The notes beneath the pieces are model-generated. The model was not told the origin of the DNA. It did not search any database and worked only from the letters and a program-made list of their open reading frames with translations. Of a DNA stretch of 64,000 nt, positions 1-11,330 are shown piece after piece. The position numbers and the translations under genes were made by a program. Numbering within the stretch: the first letter of the stretch is position 1; each line of letters begins with the position of its first letter. The stretch is from Raja brachyura (Eukaryota), in the NCBI GenBank assembly GCA_963514005.1, contig OY740799.1, positions 18,538,001-18,602,000 of the forward strand, in the 5' to 3' direction.

Positions 1-196
1 CTTTAAACACATAAATGTCACTGCACCATAAACAGCTTTCCTTTAACATTAGAGTGAACTTCTATTTATATTAAAAAATCTTATGTGGCAACATTAAGAT
101 GATCACAAATATCCGCTTCTTACTAAAGCAGCTGGCTGAGTTAATGGATCTGATATTTATCATTTAATGTATTTTCGTTTCTTTCTTGTCCCTAAG

Positions 197-391
197 GACT
201 ATACACCATCCTATGATATCCCGCAGAGCCAGCTGAGCATTTGGCTGATGTTAGCTAATGAGGGGATGGGCAGCAATGAAACGTTCTGCTCCATGACTCA
301 CTCGGCCATGGTGTTTGCCAAATCCGACGGTGACCGGGTTGCTGTGACTCGAGACCTGACTCTGAAACCTGGATTCCTGCTTCAATTCAAG
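197..391 (+). CDS. RELN: Reelin exon (window exon 1): [23 protein letters not shown]...GFLLQFK
   Basis: cctaag| acceptor, aag|gtattg donor; 195 nt, phase 0-0; matches start of reelin repeat 3. Confidence 0.9.
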
Positions 392-684
392 GTATTGTGT
401 GTGTGTTCTATCACCTCTCACTGATGCTTATACAATTCTTGCCCCTAGCCAGCTGCTATTGTATCCTTGCATTATACCATGTATCAATCAGAGGTTTAAC
501 GTCCGTAAAGGAATACTTGATTTTTCTATCACCTTTTATGTAATTTTCAAGGTCTCTCAGAGTATTTTACAGCCAATGAAACAGTTCTGAAGAGTAGCTA
601 GTGTTATAAAGGACTAAGCTCCCACAATCATTTGACGTGCTCTTGCAATGATTTTGGATGGTTTAGGGGTAGTTAGTATGAAAG

Positions 685-1440
685 ACATAGAAGAACACAG
701 AACAGCGTCAAGCCCTTTAACTCACTGTGTCTGTGCCAACCATGGTGTCAAGCTAAACTGCATATCTGCCTGCACGTGGTTTATATCCCTCAATTCCCTA
801 ACTGTTCATGTGTCTGTCAAATGCTTTTAAAAAGTTGCTATTGTATATGCTTCCACTATTTATTCCGGCAGTTAATGCCACACATCTACCACTCTGTGTA
901 AAACTACTTGCCATAAATCATCTTTAAACTTTTGCCCCCTCATCTTAAACCTATGCCCTGTCGTGTTTGACAGCTCCACATTGGGAAAGACTCTGACAAT
1001 TCATCCTGTAGAAGGGTCTCGACACGAAACGTCGCCTATCTCCTTCGCTCCTTAGATGCTGCTGCACCCGCTGAGTTTCTCCAGCCTTTTGTGTACCCTC
1101 ATCCTGTATATATGTCTCTCATAATGTTATATACTTCTATCAGGGCACCCTTCAACGTTCCGGACAAAACAATCTACATTTGCCTAACATCCTCTTACGA
1201 CCAATAGTCTCCAATTTAGCGCCATCTCCAAAGCCTCTATATCCTTCCTGTAATGCAGTGACCAGAACTGCGCACAATACTCCAATATAGCCGAACCAAA
1301 GTTTTATACAGCTGCACCATGACTTCCCAACTTTTATACTCAACATCCAACCAATGAAGACAAGCATGCTGTCGCCTGCTTTACCACCCTATCAACTTAT
1401 GTTGCCACTTTCAGGGAATTATGGATTTGCACCCCAAGAC
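685..1440 (-). mobile_element. Degenerate CR1-clade LINE 3' fragment, interrupted by a short Penelope insertion at 1011-1098
   Basis: Resembles other CR1 3' ends in the window (accagaactgcgcacaatactcc, i.e. reverse of the LEYCVQFW region; catagaa-type tail). Boundaries are approximate. Confidence 0.6.
1011..1098 (+). mobile_element. 88-bp Penelope-like 3'-terminal insertion
   Basis: Near-identical to the reverse complement of 1465-1553. Flanked by a 10-bp direct repeat tcatcctgta (1001-1010, 1099-1108). Confidence 0.8.
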
Positions 1441-1529
1441 AAACTAGTTTGTTACTGATTACAGGGTTACACAAAAAGCTGGAGAAACTCAGCGGGTGCA
1501 GCAGCATCTAAGGAGCGAAGGAGATAGGC

Positions 1530-1557
1530 GACGTTTCGGGTCGAGACCCTTCTTCAG
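1530..1557 (-). ncRNA. Putative minimal hammerhead ribozyme core in the Penelope terminal repeat
   Basis: Minus strand reads CUGAAGA-A-GGGUCUCGACCC-GAAAC-GUC: CUGANGA box, stem II hairpin, GAAA box, GUC triplet. Stems I and III are minimal. Confidence 0.6.
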
Positions 1558-1787
1558 ACTGGTCAGGGATCAGGGAAACGAGAGATATAAACAGTGATGT
1601 GGAGAGATAAGGAACAATGAGTGAAAGATATGCAAAAAAGTATTGGTGACAAAGGAAGCAGGCCATTGTAAGCTGTTTGTGGTGTGAAAATGAGAAGCTA
1701 GTGCGACTGGCGAGGGGGGGGGGGGAGATGGAGAAGGAATGTCAGGGCCAGAGGGCTGAGGGAGAGGTGGGGGGGAGGCAGTCTGGG

Positions 1788-3597
1788 TTAACAGAATTGA
1801 GAAAATTCAATGTTTAAGCCCAGAGGATGCAGACTCCCCAAGCGGAATATGAGGTGCTGTTCCTCCAACTTGCGGTGTTGATCACTCTGGCCGTGGAGGA
1901 GGCCCAGGACCGAGAGGTCGGATACGCAGTGGGAGGGGGAGTTGAAGTGCTGAGCCACCGGGAGGTCGGGTTGGTTATTGCGGACTGAGCGGAGGTGTTC
2001 GGCGAAACGATCGCCCAGCCTCCGCTTGGTCTCACCGATGTAGATCAGCTGGCATCTGGAGCAACGGATGCAGTAGATGAGGTTGGAGGAGGTGCAGGTG
2101 AACCTCTGTCGGACTTGGAATGACTGCTTGGGTCCCTGAAAGGAGTGGATGGGGGAAGTGAAGGGACAAGTGTAGCATCTCTTGCGGTTGCAAGGGAAAG
2201 TGCCCGGGGAAGGAGTGGAGCGGGAGGGAAGGGAAGAATTGACGAGGGAGTTGCGGAGGGAGCGGTCTTTGCGGAAGGCAGACGGGGGGAGATGGGAAGA
2301 TGTGGCGAGTGGAGGGGTCACGTTGGAGGTGACGAAACTGGCGGAGGACTATCTGTTGTATGCGTTGGCTGGTGGGGTGAAAGGTGAGGACCAGGGGGAC
2401 TCGGCCCTTGTTGTGAGTGGGGGAATGGGGAGAGAGGGCAGTGTTGCGGGGTATGGAGGAGACCCTGGTGCGAGCCTCATCTATAGTGGGGGAGGGGAAA
2501 CCCGTTCTCTGAAGAACGAGGACATTTGCGATGACCTGGTGTGGAACACGTCATCCTGGGAGCAGATGCGGCGTAGACGGAGGAATTGGGAATAGGGGAT
2601 GGAGTCCTTACAGGAAGCAGGGTGGGAGGAAGAGTAGTCCAGGTAGCTGTGGGAGTCAGTTGGTTTGTAGTGGATGTCAGTCAGGAGTGTATCACCTGCA
2701 ATAGAGATGGTGAGGTCAAGGAATGGTAGGGAAATGTCGGAAATGGGCCAAGTATATTTGAGTGCCGGATGGAAGTTGGTGGTGAAATGGATGAAGTCAG
2801 TCAGTTCTGCGTGGGTGCAGGAGGTGACACCAAAGCAGTCGTCAATGTAACGGAGGTAAAGGTCGGGGGTGGGGCCCTGGTACGCCGAGAACAAAGATTG
2901 TTCGACGTGCCCGACAAAGAGGCAGGCGTAGCTAGGGCCCATGCGTGTGCCCATAGCTACGCCTTGTGTTTGGAGGAAATGGGAGGAGTCAAAAGAAAAG
3001 TTGTTGAGGGTAAGGACCAACTCTGCTAGGCGGAGGAGGGTGTCAGTGGATGGGTATGGGTTGCTCCTCTGGTCGAGGAAGTACCGGAGGGCTTTGAGAC
3101 CATCCTGGTGGGGGATGCAGGTGTATAGTGACTGGACGTCCATGGTGAAGATGAGAGGATGGGGGCCTGGACAACGGAATGTGCGGAGCCGACGGAGAGT
3201 GTCTGAGGTGTCTTGAACATAGGTGGGGAGGGATTTAACAAAGGGGGATAGGATGGAGTCAAGGTATGTGGAAATGTGTTCGGTGGGGCACGAACAGGCA
3301 GAGACAATGGGTCTGCCGGGGCAGTCGGGTTTGTGGATTTTGGGGAGAAGGTAAAATCGGGCTGTGCGGGGCTGGGGAACGATGAGGTTGGAGGCTCGGG
3401 GGGGTAGGGAGCCGGAGTTGATGAAGCCGGTTATGGTGCTCGAGATGGTGGCCTGGTGCTCGTCAGTGGGGTCATGGTCCAGGGGTAAGTAGGAGGAGGT
3501 GTCCGAGAGTTGGCGCGTGGCCTCTGCTTTGTAGAGATCGACGCGCCAGACTACCACAGCACCTCCCTTGTCGGCGGGTTTGATAACCCAGTCTGGG
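1788..3597 (-). pseudogene. Penelope RT/endonuclease ORF broken by two compensating frameshifts (~2501 and ~2285)
   Basis: ORFs 2481..3557 and 1788..2321 are in the same frame. The linker FPSPTIDEARTRV...RVPLVLTFHP...DPSTRHIFP lies in a shifted frame between them. Confidence 0.85.
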
Positions 3598-5527
3598 TTG
3601 TTACTGATTACAGATTGAAATAGTCTTCATGGTCATATATATAGTTGGGAATGTAGGTTCAGGGCTTAAGGGGAAAGCAACATGTAGTGCAGTTCATGTA
3701 TTGGGCAGCAGCTGTTTGGTCAGTTCTACTATAGTTCAACCTGTTCATTGCCACCCCAAGTATACTCGGGTCATGGCCAATAGTTTTTAAAAAAACTTGG
3801 CAGTGAACGGGTTAAAGGAAACCAAGATATAATCAACACTGCATTAGGTCTGAGGTAAATGGATAGTGGCTGAATCATGTTGTGATTCATAATAAACACA
3901 ATGCATCCATCTGAAATTGTTTTCTGCAGGCTTTGAATGAAGGTTTTAATCTTCCTATTTAAAAGGCCTAAAATAGTTGGCATAAGAATTGCTAGATACT
4001 ATATAAAAGGAAGGATCACATTGGGAGGGTTGAATGCAGTTTTGACCTGTGTCACTGCAAGGTCCTTGTTGCATCTGGTCGAATGGCTTTGTCCATTCCC
4101 TAATGTCTATTCATTTCACGACAAATATTGCTACTACAGGATTTAGATGGTAAGCCATTGCAGTTAAAATTTGGTGGAATTGTTCTCATTTTGAAACGAT
4201 TATACCTCATCCCCATTTTTTAAGCAGTTGACGCGATGCTGTCACTGTTATGTGATACACAGGACAGGCGCATATAATTGAAAATTAATGAACTGTGCAG
4301 AAATTTCTGATCAATGTATAACAGGCGAGAGCTGAATAATTGAAAGCTTGTAAAATAATGAAAGGCTACAGAGGTGAACAGCTGATTCATTGCCACAGAT
4401 CAGTTTTCCTCACAACCCAGATTTACCGCCAGTTCCTTGATATTTGTCAAAAGGGGTTTTCATCCGTTTAGTTGTTTGGATACTAAAGTTTGACAATCTG
4501 AGTTTGATGATCAAATACAAAGATTTTTTTTCCTCTGAGATGCTAATGGTATTTCCTCAATAAGTTCCAAAGCATTCTCCAACCAATTAATAACACAAAC
4601 AAAGATTTTAGTTTAGTTTAATTTAGTTTAGTTGATTATTATCACGCGTGCCAAGGTACAGTGAAGAGCCCATTTCAATCATTCCACTCTATATATTTCC
4701 AATATGAGACCACAACAAATGGACTCCCTTAACGTATATGTTTTTATTTTGTTTTTCACATCATGCATTGAGATTATTTCCAGAATATAAGATAATGGAG
4801 ATGAATCATTGCACCTTAAACTATGGACAACACTTGCAGATGAATGATTAATTTACACAACATTTCTCCATCTAGCATTTTAAAAGGCTCTCCAAATCTA
4901 TTCTGATAGAGGTGAGCGATCCATTAAAGCAGCGCAGAGGAATGTCATAAAAATACTGAGTATTCATCTACAAATATTGCCAGCGTCTAGTTCAAACATT
5001 TTTGGAGCTGAGTTTTTAACATATAATGCAGTAGTGCTGGGTTTGATCCTGAACTCTCTGCCAATACAATGTGACATGGAAGTACAGGTTCCCTGGGTGA
5101 ACTTTCAATGTTGACTGGAGTTTTCCAGCAATGATAGTCCCACTTGCAATTGAAAGGAACGTTCTAAACTGTTCTAAGTTCTCTGACGTGGCTTATGGTC
5201 ACCCTAAGCCACATCAGAGGTTAAGTGGAAATAAATTAAATGGAATAGAAATTGTACTCATTTTGAAATTGGGCAAAAGCAGTTTGAGCTGAACCCTAAA
5301 ACCAGGCTAAATTGAATTACCTTAAATCTATTCCTATTAAATCCTGCCCCTCTCACCTTATGGTGAAAGAGGACAATTAATATTCACGTATCTCAATCCT
5401 TTACCAGCATAATCTATTACATCAAGTTCACTCCCTTCCTTGCTGCAGGACAGGCATGGTTGTATGTGTGGCTTTCGGATGTTTTTGCCCAGGGAGGATT
5501 TAATTTTTCACATCTGGGACTTTTCAG

Positions 5528-5763
5528 CTGAACATCGGATGTGAGAGCCAGTTCAGCATTGCTGCCCCGGTTCTGCTCCAATACTCTCATGATGCTGGCA
5601 GATCGTGGTCCTTGGTAAAAGAAGGTTGCTACCCTGCATCAGCCAGTGTCAAAGGCTGCGAGGGAAGTTCAAGAGAACTGAGGGAGTCGACAGTGTATTA
5701 CACAGGAGACTTTGAAACCTGGACAAGGATCACAGTCATTATCCCAAGATCTGTTGCGTCCAG
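5528..5763 (+). CDS. RELN: Reelin exon 2: LNIGCESQF...[10 protein letters not shown]...IIPRSVAS
   Basis: ttttcag| ... ag|gtaagg; 236 nt, phase 0-2; Asp-box motif. Confidence 0.95.
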
Positions 5764-7255
5764 GTAAGGAAGCGTATTTTCAACCTACCACGCTAGGTAG
5801 TTTATGCAACTAACATAAATACATTGATGAGAATGCTAAATTCAATGTTATAGTTGGATGGTTGGGAAGGGCATCTCATAGAGCATAAACATTGGCATGT
5901 GTACAGTTTTGGTGCTCTTGTCCAGGGAAGTCTGGACTTTCTTTAGTGGGAATACACTGATGTTCACTGGAAGGTGGCCCCATAAGGTGAGATTGAGTAA
6001 AACGGGCCAATCTTCACCAGGGTTCAGAAATATAAGGTGGGTTCTTTCCAGAAGTAAAGGAAGGGTGCAAGCTTGTCCTTGCTTCGTGTATGAGTGCCTT
6101 GGAAATTGTCTGTTAACTTTACTGTGGAAGTGTGGTTATTAGCTACAGTGTGGTTAATGAGCCATTCCCTTGTAATGGGCTGTCTTACAGAAAATAATAA
6201 GACACTTTGTAACCTCTGCAGAACACAGGGTGTACACACCGTCTGAAGCCACCAGCAGGCCCACTCACTCCCTGTAATCATTTGAGCATTAAAGTCCAAC
6301 TAGCGTAAGGCTGAATTGTTAAACATTTCCATTTACTGAGAGCCATTTACAGAGTAATTATTTTTACTGTTAGAAATAACTGGGAAAAAAATGCTCAATT
6401 CTTTTGTACCTTTCAATCACGTGCTGTCTCATGAACAAGCAAGTAGACCACTCGTACGCTCCCAGTATGACAGGGAAAGACGGAAGATTATAGTAATGTT
6501 GCAGCAATTGGTCTGTGCTCTGCACGGATCCATCAACAGATAATGATTTTGATTTAATGATATAGATCAGATGGAGCCCCTGATAAACACAGCGTGCTGG
6601 AGCAACTCAACGGGTCAGGCAGCATCACTTATCCAAAGGAAAAGGTGATATTTGGGGTCAGAACCCTTCATCAGACAGACATAAAGCCCATGTTTACTTT
6701 CCAAAAAATGCCACAGACTTTTGTACGTTCACTAGAACATGTAGACACCTTGCTGGAAAGCACAGCTTACTCTACATACAGCAATATAAGTGGTACCCGT
6801 ATATTCCTTATCATGAAATAAGGAATATAATAGATGGTTATTGACTCTGACAGCTGGTGAAATCTTGACCTTGGGCATACCTGTTTTCGAAACCCTGGGG
6901 GAAATTCAGCCTTTACTCTGGCAATAACCGACTGGGAACAAAGCCTCTCCATCTCTGAAATCAACAGTGTGCAGGATGCAGGAAAGCCTCGAGCAAGGTT
7001 ACATGTGCAGCTCGCTGTGAGATCTCCCTATTACCAAAAAGTTACACCGGGGAACCTGTTCTGCCATGTGTTGTATTTGTAAAAATGAAGCATCTGCAGA
7101 TGGCTTTCCCTTTTACTAAATAGTCATCGTTGTGCTGAGAATAGTAACACTTAGCACCGACTCACCTGAACATTTTCATTATTCTACAGTGTATAACTAC
7201 GTTTATATCTATCATTCTAATGTCTTAGTTTCTTTCATTCTTTGGTGAATTACAG

Positions 7256-7413
7256 TAAGACTCGATTCCGCTGGTTTCAGGAGACCAACACGCACAAGAG
7301 TGCACCTGCCTTTGGATTAGATGAAGTTTACATCTCTGAACCCTGCCCTAACTACTGCAGTGGACACGGTGACTGTATCTCTGGGGTCTGCTTCTGTGAC
7401 TTTGGTTACTCTG
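7256..7413 (+). CDS. RELN: Reelin exon 3: KTRFRWFQ...[23 protein letters not shown] (EGF of repeat 3)
   Basis: tacag| ... g|gtaaga; 158 nt, phase 2-1. Confidence 0.95.
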
Positions 7414-8470
7414 GTAAGACCATGCCAGATAGCTGTTACCTTTATCTGAAGCTCGTGCCAGAGATGGCAAGATCCCGATCTTTGTTAAATGTCGTAGACA
7501 TTGCCATTCCTTGTATAGATAGTTCTGCTTCAGAAAGATAGAAATATCAGAACCAGCCAGCTGAGCAGTTGCTCCTCCTCATATTCTTGAACCCCAAAGA
7601 ATTCACTGCATTTGACAAGATGTGACATAAGCTGTAAAACGTTAGCGCATTTTAAACTCCGGCTGATTTTATTTCCATTCAAAATAAAGCTGCTGATTCA
7701 CCATCTCCCAAGATGCATTTTATCTCCCATGGATGGTATAATGAATGAACTACTGAAGAGCAAAGTCCAAAATCATGTGTGAACTTTTCTGACTGATCAA
7801 AGATGGGATGCAGGATGAGAAGAGTGGATTTTGTTTGTTTGTAATGTGTGTAAAGTAATATGCGTGTAAAATGAAAATAGGGAATTGAACATGTTGTGCA
7901 CCATTTTGTCACCAGGTCAGGGAGATGTTTCAAAAGTACTGTCTACAGGTTAGTTAATGAATTGTACCTTTAGTTTGGGTGTGGCACTTTGAAAGGCTTT
8001 TAAAAAAAACTTTTTCATTTAAAATTTGAGCAAGACTAGTTCTGCTACATGTTATATTACCCATGTTATATTGGAAGCTGCATGTCTTAAATTTATTAAA
8101 AAATAACCCTTTCCTTTCGTCACCTGTCTGCCCAAATCAATGTACTACCTATAAATTATTAATATTAGCAAATCACAGTTTAATACAGGGTCCTGCTGAG
8201 CTTTATTCATTCGACGGTGTAATTATCTTATTGTGCCGAGTATAACGGAGGAAAATCAATATCAAGACATTATAACATGGGCTCACATTGATTTGAAATG
8301 CAGCTAATGTTGAGCAATTGTACCACTCAGGCGCATTATTCAAATACTTGATTCTTTGTTTCAGATCACCATTTCTAGTTTAGATAACAGAACATTTTCT
8401 ATACGTGAATGCAAATATTAAATGTAGAACCCTACTTCTCTCAATGATGCATGGCTCCATTCTCTCATAG

Positions 8471-8678
8471 TTGAACATGGAACCTGTGTACCGAACACAC
8501 CAAACCCCAGTGAAATGACTGATCGGTTTGAGGATAAGCTGAGTCCTCTCTGGTTCAAGGTGAAAGGAGGACAGGCTGGAATTGGCTGTGGGATACTGAA
8601 TGATGGGAATTCCCTCTACTTCACTGGCCCCGGTCGAAGAGAAGCCAGAACTGTGTGTCTTGACACGACAAACATCAG
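8471..8678 (+). CDS. RELN: Reelin exon 4: EHGTCVPN...[13 protein letters not shown]...[11 protein letters not shown]
   Basis: ctcatag| ... ag|gtgaaa; 208 nt, phase 1-2. Confidence 0.95.
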
Positions 8679-9335
8679 GTGAAAAGCAAAATGTATATTT
8701 GACACGAGCTGTTGCAAAAGTTCACATTAAAAGCTCCCTTTTAATATTCTTTAACTACATGCATTTCCTGAAGATGCTGTACAAAAGCAAAGTCTATTAT
8801 TTTGAAAAAATATTTTCCACATAGTTGTATCTCATGAAGCACAATACTGATTATTACTACCAGATCCAAATTAAGTGAGTTTAATTTATCTCTATTGGTT
8901 TAAGTTTGGTTAACTTAAATAGGCAGGGGTAGCACTGTATTCATTGTAGAAGAACATGACTTTTGAGATAGTTGAAGCTGCCTTCAAAATTGGTTCCATC
9001 TTGAGGATGTGCAAATCTAATGAACTCATTGTCCGAAATGTGAAGTTGAAGATTTGGAAGGAACCATTCTTATGGTACTCAAACTTCATTTAAAAAATCC
9101 ATTAATCCAAAAATTCAATACCATTATTTTACGGCAATGTTGGTAATCAGTCCTGGTGTGTGATTTGAGTTAATTAATTGGGATAACAAGCCAGTAAAAT
9201 GTAATTGTTTATTTCACTTAATTTACTGTAAAGACAGATTAATCAGAAGTGTGAGGCATATGCAGAATAAAGCTTTTGACCGTATGTCCTACAATTAAAT
9301 CCTATGAACACAGTCTGGTATATCAGTGCAAATGA

Positions 9336-9639
9336 GGGTGGCGCGGTTGAGGTACTTCCTTGCAGTGCTTACAGTGCCAGAGACCCAGGTTCGATTGCGA
9401 CCATGGGTGCTGTTTGTACGTTCTTCCCATCACCGCGTGGGTTTTCTCTGAAATCTTCGGCTTCCTCCCACACGCCAAAGACATAGAGGTTTGTAGGTTA
9501 ATTGACTTGGTATAAATGTAAATTGTCCGTAGTGTGTTAGGATGGTGTAATGTGCGGGGATCACTGGTCGGTGCAGACTCGGTGGACCGAAGGACCTGTT
9601 TCCGTGCTCTATCTCGAAATTAAACTAAACTAAACTAAA
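9336..9639 (+). mobile_element. HE1-like tRNA-derived V-SINE, near full length
   Basis: B-box-like ggttcgat, V-domain-like gggttttctc...ggcttcctcccaca, 3' tail ggaccgaaggacctgtttccgtgctctatct followed by (taaac)n. Confidence 0.75.
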
Positions 9640-10135
9640 TGTATCATGTTCCCACACTGGCCATTGTTGTAGCTCTCCAAGTGCATTACTAACATGTCCT
9701 GAATACTGGATATTCTGACATGTATAAACTGACAATTGGGGTCAGAGCTCATGTCCAGGCCGCCTCAGCACAGCAGCTTCCCCATGCAACCCTGAGGTTT
9801 TGTAGCAATGTGCACTTTGCAAGAAGAGTCCCTTTGCATGACATTTCCCTGCTTAGCTCCTGCTGAGTGACACCAGAGAAGTTTCATTTTACTTGGGTGT
9901 GATTTCCAGAATTCAGTTTCGCACGTCAGATAGTTCAGTTTCATGGTTGGATTATTTCTGTCCTGTGATAATTCTTGTGTTGTAATTCTATCGTCTACCT
10001 AGGTTTCCATTATTGTCCATAATGCTCATCAGTCCTCTCTAGATGGCCTGTTTAATAACATAAGGTGGTTCGGCCAAAGTGCATTTGTGATACCTTCTTC
10101 CTATGAATTTCATCATCTCTACTTTTCATACACAG

Positions 10136-10212
10136 ATTGGTGCAATTTTATATCCGCATTGGAAGTAAAAGCCTTGGTTCCTCCTGCAGCAAACCAAGAG
10201 CTCGAAATGAAG
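10136..10212 (+). CDS. RELN: Reelin exon 5: [25 protein letters not shown]
   Basis: cacag| ... g|gtaatt; 77 nt, phase 2-1. Confidence 0.93.
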
Positions 10213-10382
10213 GTAATTAGAATTCAGAATGTTTGCTAGAATACTGTATGTTTTTGCAAAGGGAACATATTATCAATAACCCCAATGTATTCAGTACTCT
10301 TGTTTGCCTGAAATACAAAATGCTAGATGAACTCAGCGGGTCAGGCAGCATCTGTGGAGCGAATGAACAGACCAAGATCCTT

Positions 10383-11129
10383 GGTACACAAAAGGCTGGA
10401 GAAACTCAGCGGGTGCAGCAGCATCTATGGAGTGAAGGAGATAGGCAACGTTTTGGGCCGAAACCCTTCTTCAGACTGATGGGAGGTGGGGGGAGGCAGG
10501 GGGAAGAAAAGAAAAAGGAGGAGGAGGAGCCTGAGGGCTGAGGGAGAGGTAGAAAGGGGAGGAGACAGCAAGGGTTAACAGAATTGAGAGAATTCGATGT
10601 TCATGCCGAGAGGATGCAGTCTCCCCAAGCGGAATATGAGGTGCTGTTCCTCCAATTTGCGGTGTTGCTCACTCTGGCCATGGAGGAGGCCCAGGACAGA
10701 GAGGTCGGATACGGAATGGGAGGGGGAGTTGAAGTGCTGAACCACCAGGAGGTCAGGTTGGTAAATGCGGACCGAGCGGAGGTGTTCGGCGAAACGATCG
10801 CCAAGCCTCCACTTGGTCTCACCGATATAGATCAGTTGACATCTAGAGCAGCGGATGCCATAGATGCGGTTGGAGGAGGTGCAGGTGAACCTCTGTTGGA
10901 CCCTTGATGACATCCCTCCCCTTCCTACCTCTCTCTCAGCCCTCGGGCTCCTTCTTCCCCCTTTTTCCTTTCTTCCCCCCGCCTCCCCCCATCCCCCCAT
11001 CAGTCTGAAGAAGGGTTTCGGCCTGAAACTTTGCCTATCTCCTTAGCTCCATAGATGCTGCTGCACCCGCTGAGTTTCTCCAGCATTTCGTGTGCCCTCG
11101 ATTTTCCAGCATCTGCAGTTCCTTCTTTA
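10383..11129 (-). mobile_element. Truncated Penelope-like element with GIY-YIG remnant and an inverted terminal copy
   Basis: ORF 10575..11000 ends in ...IYIGETKWRLGDRFAEH...NIEFSQFC. 10385-10560 is inverted relative to 10915-11095. 14-bp TSD agaccaagatcctt at 10369-10382 and 11130-11143. Confidence 0.85.
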
Positions 11130-11330
11130 AGACCAAGATCCTTCTTTGACTGAAGAATGGTATTGACCCAAAACTGTGCCTGTCTATTTCCTTCACGGGT
11201 GTATAAAAATACTTTGGTCCTGATTCGTCATTTGTAGCTTTGTCTTTCTTTTGCTCTAGTCAATTATTTCACTCTCAGGATGATTGCTAATGGTGGAGTC
11301 CGTACGCATGCAAACGAGTCCTGGTTTTAA

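Larger units (their letters stand above)
1465..3597 (-). mobile_element. Penelope-like retroelement (probably Neptune clade), 5'-truncated, RT + GIY-YIG
   Basis: Minus-strand frame shows IKPADKGGAVVV, PGRPIVS, TMDVQSLYT, QGVAMGTRMGPSYA and YLRYIDD, then a Cys-rich linker (CNRKRCYTC) and a GIY-YIG-like NLIYCIRC..IYIGETKRRL..RFAEH. 16-bp TSD ttgttactgattacag at 1449-1464 and 3598-3613. Confidence 0.92.

Noticed and set aside
2145-3216. Plus-strand ORFs 2145..2387, 2182..2595, 2769..3029 and 2941..3216
   Set aside because: They are antisense shadows of the GC-rich Penelope RT ORF and show no independent protein motifs.
9336-9410. tRNA gene
   Set aside because: This is the tRNA-derived head of a SINE. 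It has no complete cloverleaf and continues into the V-domain and LINE-like tail.
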